A program made the position numbers and the translations under genes. Source: Eledone cirrhosa (taxonomy: Eukaryota). Taken from it: DNA of 64,000 bases. Positions 27,641 to 39,379 of this stretch are shown here, piece by piece. The stretch lies in NCBI GenBank assembly GCA_964016885.1, contig OZ024742.1:82894001-82958000 (forward strand). The letters are read 5' to 3'. Numbering within the stretch: the first letter of the stretch is position 1; each line of letters begins with the position of its first letter. The notes beneath the pieces are model-generated. The model had not been told where the DNA came from, searched no databases, and worked only from the letters and a program-made list of their open reading frames with translations.

Positions 27641-28969
27641 GGCAAATTAATACAGGTGTGTGCAGAGTCTTGAGAGATGAATTCGACAGTGTCCAGCGAT
27701 TAATTCATTAGGCCTTTTAATGACATGACGGAACTAAGGAATCTGTGATATCTCGATTCGCAGAATTAGAGGTCTTACCTGGATCGAATTCATGATCGAC
27801 GATCTACGCACTATACTGAGGAACGTTACTCCATAAATCTTATGGAGAAAATTAATTCCGCCCTCTTGTATTCACGATCATATTATTTCGGGTAATAACC
27901 AAGATTCATGACACCGAATTCTACACCTAACCCCTTTCTTCTCGTGATTGCGTATTACTGCAACAACCCCTGCTATTCTTGCTTTTAGTTGCCTGCCTCC
28001 CAAAGGTCTGATGGTATTCAGTGTTTATTAGAATTCAGTATAACTTGTTATAAGCAATCCTATGCAATATAATTCCTATGTGAAACATAAATAACATATA
28101 ATAATGAGTCTCCACATCGGTCTCTCAAAGATTTACGCATAAGCGGTGAAATAAACCAGAAGAAATCTTTGCGATGAAACATACGGAATGGACAACATCT
28201 AGGCAATCTGTTGCGAATTCCGATTTAGGCAAATTAACTTCATTTGGAAAGATATGATCGTAGATTGAAGAAATGGTAGAGCATTATAATCGATGATCCT
28301 CATAAGTTTCTCGTTGATTGAAACCTCTAGTCTTCGACAGCAGAAGAAAATGGCTCAAATTATCCTGTTGCCTGAATAAATAATTATAGTACTCGCAGTA
28401 GTTGTAGTATTAGGGAGAGAGTGGCGTACCTAACAGCGTTCAGAAACACATTACTGAAATTATATTTGAATACGCCCCTACACTGTCGTGTCATGAGAGA
28501 ATGTAATATTTATCCACGTTAGCAATCAATTACAACAGTATATTAAATAGTAATTCAGCTCTGAACAAAAATAATTCTAATCAAACGCTCATAATGTCTT
28601 TTTTTAACTCTAATGAACCAATATATATATTATTCAATGCGTTCTTTGTTTTTCTTAAGATCGTGGATCATTATTTCATAGACTTGGCTTGTATTATTAC
28701 AAGTCTTATCATCCACGTAGATTTTCTGTGAGTTCATGGAAGGAGAGTAAGTTACAAATGTCGCAGCACATTAATTGTATAAGTAGATTATATGAGATAT
28801 TTTACGTGAAAATATATATGAATGGAAGCATGTATGTATGTATGTATGTATGTATGTATGTATGTATATATGTATGTATGTATGTATGTATGTACGCATG
28901 TGTATGTAGGTATGTGTGTGTATGAATGTATGTAGTTATGCATGCATGTACTTTTATAATTCTACAAAT

Positions 28970-30410
28970 GTTTACCAAAGGAGAGACTCTGTCATTGGAA
29001 TTTAGACAGTCTATCAACTATGTAGATATGTATGTCTGCATACATGCCTGTGGTACAGGTATGGATGCTATTGTAAGTGTGGATGTGTATCTTTTCGACC
29101 ATATGTGTGCATGTGCATATGTTTTGTATGTGTACATGGGTATATGTAATTATTACATGCAAAATACTTGGAATATGTTACATATTTTTACTATTCCATT
29201 AATGAATTGTTCTTGTAATGTCCTAACTAGTTATGTTCATTCTGGTTCTGTGAAGCTCAGCTTCTCAATATTTGTATTGAGGCAGTTACTAATATATCCC
29301 AGTACCCCAATAATCACAGGTATAAATCTGAAGGTATAGTTAGTGTGGAGTAGCTGCAGATTTCTCATTAGTTCTGCGTAGATATTGTCCTTTTCACTAA
29401 TTTTTAATATTATGTTGGAATCTGCTAGGCAGCTGACTTCCACTACTGTCCCATATCACTGTATCTCTTCTGTTACGTTTGTATTCTAGTCGAGTTTTGA
29501 CTTTGACTGGAACATCCCACTAGTACTCTTTTATATTATGTATGTGGATGTCTTCCGCATTGCTGTAACTTTTAATATGTTTATTGTAGGGGCTATCTTT
29601 ACTCCGGATTGAATTGGATATAGTTTTGGCCACTACATCATCCCTCATAAGTAGATAGTGCCGCGATGACATTGTTGGACAGTTGCTTATGACATGGGTG
29701 ACATCTTCGATGATACATCTGCAGAGTCTGCATTTGTTGTCACATTTATGAAGTGTTTTGCCTGCATCTCTATCACATTTTTTAATTAGATATTTTGTAT
29801 TCTTATCGTGTTCTTGTATTGCAAATGCATATTCTTCAAAGTGAGAGTCAATGTAGCGATTTTTGGTCCAATATAGACTAATTTGCTTATCTATATTACT
29901 CTCAATTTGGAACCTCCCGGCAACATATTTATGTATATTTTTTTGCTGATAAGCATACCGGTTTTCAACCATGGATCCACTGCGGTATTGCTGGGAAATT
30001 TCGCTGGGTGTAAGGTTTTGATTATCATATAGGGAGTATCTTTCAAGTAGTTCCTTCTCAACACTCATGATTTTCTCTGCCCCGTGCGGACAAACGTGCT
30101 CGATAGGTGTTGTTAGAGGGATATGCTACGATAGTAAAATGTTGTCTGGGCTGATCTTAGGCCTTGCACCACTGCTTAAATTGTATGTCACAGTTGATGG
30201 GAAATTTCTGGTGCTGCTTACGATTTTTCGGGATTCGTCTATCGTGCAATCAAGTATTCCAAACGTTGGTGTTAGGAGATGAACAGCAAATACATTGTGA
30301 CCCACTGTTTCATTGTGCGTAGATATTTCAGATGAGCATATCTTTCTTAACAGGGTGCAATATTCCCTGGTTACGCTTTCCATACTACAGAGACCATCAT
30401 AGGCAATATT
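28970..30410 (-). mobile_element. Longer degenerate R4/Dong-like RLE LINE fragment
   Basis: ORFs 30126-30413 (HNVFAVHLLTPTFGILD), 29520-30068 (FAIQE...TKYL...CDNKCRLC...EDVTHVISNCP...YLLMRDDVVAK) and 29237-29443 (EVSC..D.NI...EK..IYAEL...FIPVIIGVLG). Flanked by (TATG)n. Confidence 0.85.
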
Positions 30411-30852
30411 CACATCTATCCTTAGGTATCTGTAGAGAGTACTCGTCAGATATGTATGTATGAACGTAGGTATGTATGCATGTATGTATTATGTATTTAT
30501 TGGGGTATTTAAGAAGACATGAATAAATACGATTATACGGTGTAGTATGACCATCTAAGATATTGTTATAGGTAAAATTAATGGTCATGTAGGTGGGTGT
30601 TGCCTAAGATTCATTTCTGCGTTCCCTTATCTCATATTTTTACGGCTCTGGTGGCTTGTTAAATGTAGGTCAGTCTTCACGATCAAGTCTTTATATTTCA
30701 GTTCGTTCTATTAGGAAAAGAACTTGTTATATTTTAGTAAAATTGTTATATAATTACAGTATTCATGATGAGTACATATCTGTAGCACAGTGCATTAGAC
30801 ACCGGGAAGCTAAAAGATTATTTATTGCATCAGCTGAAACATCTCAAGAAAA

Positions 30853-30977
<125 letters not shown>

Positions 30978-31139
30978 ACATAACTAAATTTGTCTCGGAT
31001 ATGAGTAACATCATTCTGCGAAGCAAATAAAATCACTGAAGGTTCATCCAAGTAAGGTATACTAAAGAACACTTCACAAACATATTTTCCAACGGATATA
31101 TTGACATTCAAGCAACCTAAACATAGCAAGCCTTATTAA

Positions 31140-31890
31140 AGTCGGTGTCTAGCAGAAGCAAGGGGGACCATCGTGGATGCTCATTTCGAACAGAACTGGT
31201 TCTCATCAATATGATCCCTCCCACTCTTGAAACTGCTGGACTTTCAAAACAGACGAGAAAATAATGTTTTCCCGTCTGTGTAAATGAGATGATTAATCTA
31301 ATTTGCATATGAAGCTGTATAAGATGGTATAATTTAGAATGCCTGAAATTAAATTGTAATTCTTTTCTATTATAAGTTGAGCCAACTCATACCGCATCGA
31401 CGATTCTCCTCCTTCTTCTGGACACGACCAGAGGGCGTTAGCGCCGTTATTTAGGCATAGCTACAGCTTTCTAAATGTTTACCGGTAAACATACAGTGTT
31501 TCTTTACAAATACGAAATCTGTATACATCTATACCAGAAGCTAAATCCTAATTCTATTCTATTATAAGTTAAACCAACTTATGCAACCTCATATACAAAT
31601 GAGAATAATCATCTCAAAAACGCAGACGAGACAACTATATATTCTCGAATGTTTTCAAGTCCAGCAGTCGCAAGTTTGGGAGGGGTCGTCCTGATGAGGT
31701 TCATTTAAACCCGAAATTCATCGACGATTGTCCCCCTTGCTTCTGCTGGACACCATCAGAAGGCGTTAGCCCCGATGTTGTGTGCATAGCTACGGCTTTC
31801 TAAATGTTTACCTGTAAACATACCGTGTTTCGTTAGAAATACAAAATTTCTAGATATTCTGTATAGAGCTATGCCTGAAGCTAAATCCTA
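31140..31890. mobile_element. Inverted plus tandem pseudo-LTR-like cluster with HHR motifs
   Basis: 31145-31310 is an inverted diverged copy of ~31590-31755. 31395-31555 is a direct copy of 31719-31892. Confidence 0.7.
31685..31728 (+). ncRNA. Type I hammerhead-like motif
   Basis: GUCGUC-CUGAUGA-GGUU(cauuua)AACC-C-GAAA-UUC-AUC/GACGAU. 6-bp stem I; stem III is very short and non-palindromic. Confidence 0.55.
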
Positions 31891-31903
31891 ATTTTTCTCT
31901 CTC

Positions 31904-31964
<61 letters not shown>

Positions 31965-32028
31965 CGGCAAGAGCTCATCCGACGGGCTATATATATAAAA
32001 TTATACATATATACATATATATATACAT

Positions 32029-32117
<89 letters not shown>

Positions 32118-32506
32118 TAATGGGGAATGAACAGGGATATTTAACTAGATCACGAATATATCTATATCACTAGGGTCTCTCTCTGTTGTGATTTGAACAT
32201 ATATAGTTATATAACTGTGTTCGTTCCTCTTTACTGTAATATTATAAGACACGGAAATATTTTTCCATCAGCTATTTTGATTATAGGGGACTATTGTGAA
32301 TGTTTAACTCTTTCTGAAAGATAGCGTAGATATACAATACAACAGGTGGAACATAATAGCACCAGTGACGATGTTACAGATGTGCAACGAAAGAACTTTG
32401 TTAGACTATATATATGTGTTTGTGTCTATATTATATCTATTTGTGTCTATATTATATCTATTTGTTTCGACACACGATTTCATATAAAAAAACCTCGCAA
32501 AACAAG

Positions 32507-32573
<67 letters not shown>

Positions 32574-32589
32574 GATAAACAGAAATAAC

Positions 32590-32725
32590 AACACAATCAG
32601 TACAGTATATGGAAGGGATATATTAGGTTAACGCTTGATATAGCAGGAAAGAGGGTCTTAACATTTCGGACGCAAGTCTTTCATCAGAAGAAAGAATGAG
32701 AAATAGGATAGATTGAGGGGACTGT
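32590..32725 (-). mobile_element. Pseudo-LTR-like fragment with minimal HHR (32656-32691), same family as 52470-52625
   Basis: Minus strand reads UCUU-CUGAUGA-A-AGAC(uugc)GUCC-GAAA-UG-UU/AAGA. The flanks match 52470-52610. Confidence 0.65.
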
Positions 32726-33225
32726 CATGAATTACAATTTTTCAAATTATATGTGTGAAAATATAAATAAACAGGATTGAGCGTCATAAGTTAGCATATA
32801 TACAATGAGCTTAATTCCTGTTTGTATTTCTTTATAAAACTCACTAGAAAAAATATATCCTTGCAAAGACACTTTCAAATATTTTCAAGGGCTGAAACCG
32901 CTCAGTATATATACAAATTATATAAGCATGATTATTTCTGCTCCAACGTTTCTTTAAGTATATAAGTATATTTATTTGATAAGTATATATTTGTATTATG
33001 TACTTTAAATTCACTTGCATATATACAAAATATAAACATTATTTGCATCATCAACTCTATATTATTTTTATTTCTTCCCCCCTCTCTCTCTTTCTATCTG
33101 TCTTTCTTTTTCTCTTCCTCTCTTTACTATCTTTCTCTCGAGGGAGAGAAAGAGAGAGAGGAGAAATGAAAATAACATAGAGTTGAAAATGCAAATAATG
33201 TTTACATTATTTAAGTACATAAATA

Positions 33226-33273
<48 letters not shown>

Positions 33274-33344
33274 ACATATATATATATATATATAAAACTC
33301 CATGTTAATTTGATTTCTCCTCTCTCTCCCTATATATATATATA

Positions 33345-33530
33345 TGTGTGTGTATGTGTATGTGAGGGGGGGGGGGGGCATTCCTGTTGATTTGATATTA
33401 ATGTAACCGTTCTAGTCCTGTAGAAGCCATGTCTATATTAAATTACGTTCTTCTCACTCTATTTATATATTGAATACCTTCTAACCTTATAAAAACTACG
33501 GTTATCACCGACTTCACCAGGGATCTACGG

Positions 33531-33535
<5 letters not shown>
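33345..33535 (+). repeat. Left arm of a ~180-bp inverted repeat flanking the HHR tandem array
   Basis: Reverse complement of 35363-35545. A third, more diverged copy lies at ~35555-35700. Confidence 0.9.
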
Positions 33536-33580
<45 letters not shown>

Positions 33581-33771
33581 CTGTATATATATATATATTA
33601 AATATTCTAAACTAAAATTTCATCGTTTTAACACTTTGTATATATATATATATATATAAGTTGAAAAAAATGAAAACGAAATTTCATTTCTCACTCTTAG
33701 TATGGCACTTACTTAAATGTAAGTATGTATGTATACGTACATACATATATGTATACAGACGTACAGTAGCA

Positions 33772-33853
<82 letters not shown>

Positions 33854-34012
33854 TATACATACAGGTACACATACATATATGCACGCACAGGTTAGCGGAC
33901 GCTTATTATAACGCCGCTTTGTTCGTTTGTAAACAAACTGAACAGCCTGAATTTATGCCATACGGTGTTAAGGCAACCACGTCACCTTTTTTTTCAACAC
34001 TGACACAGGAAC

Positions 34013-34051
34013 GATGTACTAGTTTCAAGCTTGTTAGCTATCATCAGCACC
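34013..34051 (-). ncRNA. Minimal type I hammerhead ribozyme, array copy 1
   Basis: Minus strand: GGUG-CUGAUGA-U-AGCU(aaca)AGCU-U-GAAA-CUAG-UA/CAUC. Conserved core, palindromic stem III ACUAGU, GUA cleavage triplet. Confidence 0.75.
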
Positions 34052-34288
34052 GTATAGCCATCTGCCAGATAGTTGAACGTTCGAAAGTATATACTTTCCT
34101 TATGAAAATTAACGGCTGAGCAGCCTAATTTGCATATTGAGTGAGTTAAATCGGTCGGGCATACCGAAAACGATAAGTTGAAAAAAATGAAAACGAAATT
34201 TCATTTCTCACTCTTAGTATGGCACTTACTTAAATGTAAGTATGTATGTATACGTACATACATATATGTATACAGACGTACAGTAGCA

Positions 34289-34353
<65 letters not shown>

Positions 34354-34502
34354 GTACACATACATATATGCACGCATCAGTTTAGCAGACGCTTATTATA
34401 ACGCCGCTTTGTTCGTTTGTAAACAAACTGAACAGCCTGAATTTATGCCATACGGTGTTAAGGCAACCACGTCACCTTTTTGTTCAACACTGACACAGGA
34501 AC

Positions 34503-34541
34503 GATGTACTAGTTTCAAGCTTGTTAGCTATCATCAGCACC
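34503..34541 (-). ncRNA. Minimal type I hammerhead ribozyme, array copy 2
   Basis: Identical to 34013-34051. Confidence 0.75.
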
Positions 34542-34778
34542 GTATAGCCATCTGCCAGATAGTTGAACGTTCGAAAGTATATACTTTCCTCATGAAAATT
34601 AACGGCTGAGCAGCCTAATTTGCATATTGAGTGAGTTAAATCGGTCGGGCATACCGAAAACGATAAGTTGAAAAAAATGAAAACGAAATTTCATTTCTCA
34701 CTCTTAGTATGGCACTTACTTAAATGTAAGTATGTATGTATACGTACATACATATATGTATACAGACGTACAGTAGCA

Positions 34779-34858
<80 letters not shown>

Positions 34859-35018
34859 TATACATACAAGTACACATACATATATGCACGCATCAGTTTA
34901 GCGGACGCTTATTATAACGCCGCTTTGTTCGTTTGTAAACAAACTGAACAGCCTGCATTTATGCCATACGGTGTTAAGGCAACCACTTCACCTTTTTGTT
35001 CAACACTGACACAGGAAC

Positions 35019-35057
35019 GATGTACTAGTTTCAAGCTTGTTAGCTATCATCAGCACC
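35019..35057 (-). ncRNA. Minimal type I hammerhead ribozyme, array copy 3
   Basis: Identical to 34013-34051. The array boundary coincides with the 5' strand of stem I. Confidence 0.75.
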
Positions 35058-35084
35058 AGAGGTGTAACACACAAATTATTATAT

Positions 35085-35280
35085 ATTGGTAAACGGAATA
35101 GAAAATGCTGACAAATTGTTCACAGTTGAAAAATGGTTTAATTAGGAATAAAAGAGTATTAGTGATTGTATGGGTTAGTATTCAGTTGTGGTTTTAAGTT
35201 TTTAAGTTTTTACCGGTTGCGCATTTCTAAATGCTTTTCAAAAATAATTTTGAGATAGAGTGTCCGTGCTGTTTGCTCTG

Positions 35281-35283
<3 letters not shown>
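35085..35283 (-). mobile_element. Pseudo-LTR-like fragment, same family as 61280-61660
   Basis: Aligns by eye to 61280-61468; followed by (TA)n. Confidence 0.7.
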
Positions 35284-35362
<79 letters not shown>

Positions 35363-35369
<7 letters not shown>

Positions 35370-35545
35370 CCGTAGATCCCGGGTGAAGTCGGTGATAACC
35401 GTAGTTTATAAGGTTAGAAGGTATTCAATATATAAATGGAGTGAGAAGAACGTAATTTAATATAGACATGGCTTCTACAGGACTAGAACGGTTGCATTAA
35501 TTACAAATAATCAGCAATGCCCCTCTCACACACACATACATATGT
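35363..35545 (-). repeat. Right arm of the inverted repeat flanking the HHR array
   Basis: ccgtagatcccgggtgaagtcggtgataaccgtag... is the reverse complement of the 33345-33535 arm. Confidence 0.9.
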
Positions 35546-35694
35546 ATGTCTATGAGTATTCCTGATGATTACATATTAATGTAACAGTTCTAGCTCTGTA
35601 GAAGCCATTTCTATATTTATATAACTTATTCTGACTCTACTTATGTATTGACTACCTTATGTACAGTGGTTACTACCCATTTCACACGAGATCT

Positions 35695-35755
<61 letters not shown>

Positions 35756-35767
35756 CATATATACAAA

Positions 35768-35950
35768 TAGGAGAACAGTTCAGACCACGACGGCTGAGTT
35801 CCGGCGGTTTCGTCAGCTAGATCCGTTCTTTCGGATCAGCCGTCGGAGTTTTGACTCTTTTCCTATTACTCACATCTACTATCCTATGTATCGAGTACTC
35901 TGGTGCGTTATGGTCTACCTGGTTCGTTACCACACTTTCTTTGTTGTGTA
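35768..35950 (+). mobile_element. Diverged palindromic pseudo-LTR remnant (hairpin family A)
   Basis: gacggctga...tcagccgtc arms plus the gagtactctggtgcgttatggtc tail. Confidence 0.7.
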
Positions 35951-35989
35951 TATATATATATATATATACAACGAAGAAAGTGTGGTAAA

Positions 35990-37385
35990 ACACTTCCCAC
36001 CACAACACCGCTACCACAAAATAATCAACAAAGTCACTATCAAACTCTCCTACAGCACCACACCCAACTTCGCCCCAATACATCGCCTCTTTAACAACAA
36101 GAACCTCAACCACTATGGAGGAAACAACCTAGACATTTGTGGAGGGCCGAGCAGGAGGTGTAACTGCTCTGATAGATCTACGTGCCCCGTCAACAACAAA
36201 TGCCGAGAACGTAACGTGATCTACCGATGCAATGTGAGGATACGGAAACCTCCAACAAAGCCTATATATCATTAATCGCTTGCGACTTCAAGATCCGGCT
36301 CTACCAAAACCGACACACGTTCCGAAACCCAACCTGGCGACATGCCACTACACTTTCGGGCCACATCTGGGACCTCCAAGATAACAACATAGCATACAAC
36401 CTTACTTGGAGATTACTGTCCAGGGCTAACTTCTACACGGAAGGACGCCGTCCGTGTAACTTATGCTCGGAGGAAATATTACAAATGCTGTTTACGAAGG
36501 ACCAACCCCTAAAGAAAATAGACGAACTTGTAACTGCATGTAAACACCGATTGTGTAGGACTTACCTCGCCCTCAAACCCCCTCATCACCCGAGTGGGTA
36601 GACAATGGCTGCAACATCCTTTCCTTCTTTTACCCACTTGCCGAACAAGATAAGGGAAACCCCAGCATACATAGGTAGATGTACTTATTTTCTTTTCCCT
36701 TTATCTCTTCTTATCACTTCCTTCCATTCCCTCTCCTCTTCCTTTTCCTTTTTCCTCTTTCGCCTACCCCAAGGCAGCCCATCGGGCCTTCGCAACGCCA
36801 GTACTCCCACCCCAGAAAATTATATATAGCATTGGCCGAAACCGCAATACCAGCTAAAAATATAGCACCCGCTTTAGACTCTAGAGATTTTTCTTTTATT
36901 TTTACTATTTTAATTTTATTATTATTATTTTTTTTTTTTTTATTATCTTTTAATCTCAATTTATTAACCTTTTAATTCTATAACGACTCACTCTCAGTAT
37001 CGTTTTTCGCTTTTTTCCTAACTAGCCTAATTTCTTACGCACTCCTTAGAATTTGCTGTATAGAATTCACTTTCAACGCTACAGGCAAGTTCAGTCACCC
37101 CCACCCCCACCCATTGCCATGAAATATTTAATTGTGTTTACAAGAAATGTTGACCAATCCTTTTGACAACTACAATCTTCCCATATCAGGAATTACTCCT
37201 TGAAAAGCTCGGCTATTTATCACCACGCTAAAAATTCTAATTTAGTCCAGAAATAGCCGTCGAGACGGCTTGAGCTCTGCCGTCGGGGTTAAACATTTTC
37301 CTATTACCCACCCTACCACCCTAAGTATTGAGTACTCTTGTGCGTTATGGTCCATCTGGTTCCTTACCACACTTCCTTCGTTATA
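35990..37385 (+). mobile_element. 5'-truncated Penelope-like element (GIY-YIG with CxCx5C linker; Hydra-clade-like)
   Basis: Frameshifted ORFs: KHFPPQHRYHKIINKVTIKLSYS...CNCSDRSTCP...NVIYRCNV...AYISL...FKIRLYQNRHTF...TTLSGHIWDL...TWRLL...CNLCSEE. The 3' pLTR has a decayed HHR (37193-37292) and ends in (TA)n. Confidence 0.85.
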
Positions 37386-37454
37386 TATATATATATATAT
37401 ATTACTCTTTTACCCGTTCCAGCCATCCGGCTGAGGCCATGCTGGGGCACCGCA

Positions 37455-37492
<38 letters not shown>

Positions 37493-38481
37493 AAGTTAGA
37501 TAGACAATTATAAACATACATGCTTAGCTGCATAGATAAATAAATAGATTGATAAATAAGTAGTTTGTTGCGTAGACTGCTCGATCAATAATATTAGGTG
37601 TAAGCTGAGAAATGGATATTTATTTTTGTATGCTTTAAGATAATATCTGTATAGCTAAATGCATACAGATTTAAATCGAAAATTAAATATACATTACCAA
37701 GGAAAAGTATCGTACAAACAACACACAGACACAAATATGCACACATGCACACATAAAGGAATGCGATTAACACCCTCATCACATCCGCAGATACACATAA
37801 ATACAAAACTTTCAGTATACATGAATATGTGAACATATATAGACTTAAAGACATGTGAAGAAAAATAGAATAGTTGTGAATGTTATGTTTGAAATGTAAG
37901 CTAGGGAAAAGAAAAAAGGAGAAAGAATTTTATAGCATGTCTATAATTTACTTCCTTAGTTATATTTATTTGTAGCAGGAGAAAGTGAAACCTACTTTTC
38001 CAATTTCAGGTCATAGCATTCGTTTAAGATACTAAACCGTGAAGAATTTCATTAGACTTATCTAACACAATCAGCTTAAGATGATATCGAACGGAAGTCT
38101 CACGAGAATTTTTCTTGCAAACCTCGGCTTCGTAATGAAATAGATGGAATAAGTTAAATTAATTAGCGTTTGTGAATAAGCTTGCCCTCTTCCTATACTA
38201 TTTTCCTCTGAGACTTCCTATGCGGCTTTCTCTAATGTATATTCTCTTTTTCACTCACTCGCAAAACTCACCTCATATTTCAACCATCACTATTTCTCAT
38301 TCTTTCTCTTACATGCAAATGTCTACACGTTAGCTACTAATTTTTGTTCACTTCAATTCTGTCTATGCGGAGATGCGTTTAGCCGTCAACATTTATATTT
38401 CTCTGTCTCTATCTATCTCCTTTTCTCTCTATATATATCTATCACGCTTCCTCTTTGAATATATATATAAGTAAATATATG

Positions 38482-38573
<92 letters not shown>

Positions 38574-38640
38574 TGTGTATATATATATATGTGTGTGTGT
38601 ATATATGTGCTGTGTGTATGTGTGTGTGTGTGTATGTATG

Positions 38641-38678
<38 letters not shown>

Positions 38679-38921
38679 TACACAGCTTAGATTTGTTTAC
38701 AAACACCTGGCGGAGAATTTGAAAATTAGATACTGAAAATAGAGCTTCCACCATATGTTTGACTTAACCCAATAGTTGGAGTTATAAAAACTCACAGAAT
38801 ATTTGTATGTATGCAAACCTACAATAACTGTGTAATTTTATTTCCTATGTTTTGTTTTTTTACTTTCATATATTCACTATATATATATATATGTGTGTGT
38901 ATATATCTATATATCTATATA

Positions 38922-38986
<65 letters not shown>

Positions 38987-39031
38987 CGTAAAATAAGAAA
39001 ATTATAAAATGAAGTTACTTACTAAGATATC

Positions 39032-39113
39032 ACTTCCAACTAATTAGTTTCTGGAACGGAATAAATATATTTTCCGAAGAAGATACAGAGAATCATTCCG
39101 TCGTCAGGGAAGT
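39032..39113 (-). ncRNA. Type I hammerhead ribozyme motif with long stem II
   Basis: Minus strand: ACUUCC-CUGACGA-CGGAAU...GUUCCA-GAAA-CUAAUUAG-UU/GGAAGU. Perfect 6-bp stem I and palindromic stem III. Confidence 0.7.
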
Positions 39114-39379
39114 CTATTCTCATCTAAGTATCCAGGCAAAGCGTGGACTCTGGAAACTTATTAAAAAATAATTCAGTGGATAGAAAATAGCAAAGCGTTG
39201 ACTGAATTCCTAGCCATTGAGAAAATCACTGCCTCTGCGTCGGTGGCAAATTAAAAAGAATCAATCACGTGACATCGAGGTCAATCAGTGGAAAGTGGTT
39301 TGCTAATAAGACAGCGGCCTGCCTGCTACCATAGCAGCAGTCATGGCCAATATTGCTCGACAAATAATTTGGAGATAAT

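Larger units (their letters stand above)
33656..35057 (-). repeat. Tandem array of a ~500-bp unit (517 + 490 + 395 bp partial), one HHR per unit; retrozyme-like
   Basis: Units start at 33656, 34173 and 34663. They differ mainly in internal (TA)n length plus a few substitutions. Confidence 0.92.

Noticed and set aside
33661-35092. Repeated 118-152 aa ORFs in the 500-bp array
   Set aside because: They run through (TA)n tracts of variable length, the frame differs between copies, and no domain is recognisable.
35560-35590. CTGATGA followed by the hairpin ttacat-atta-atgtaa
   Set aside because: No GAAA or stem III follows, and the paralogous arms lack the core.
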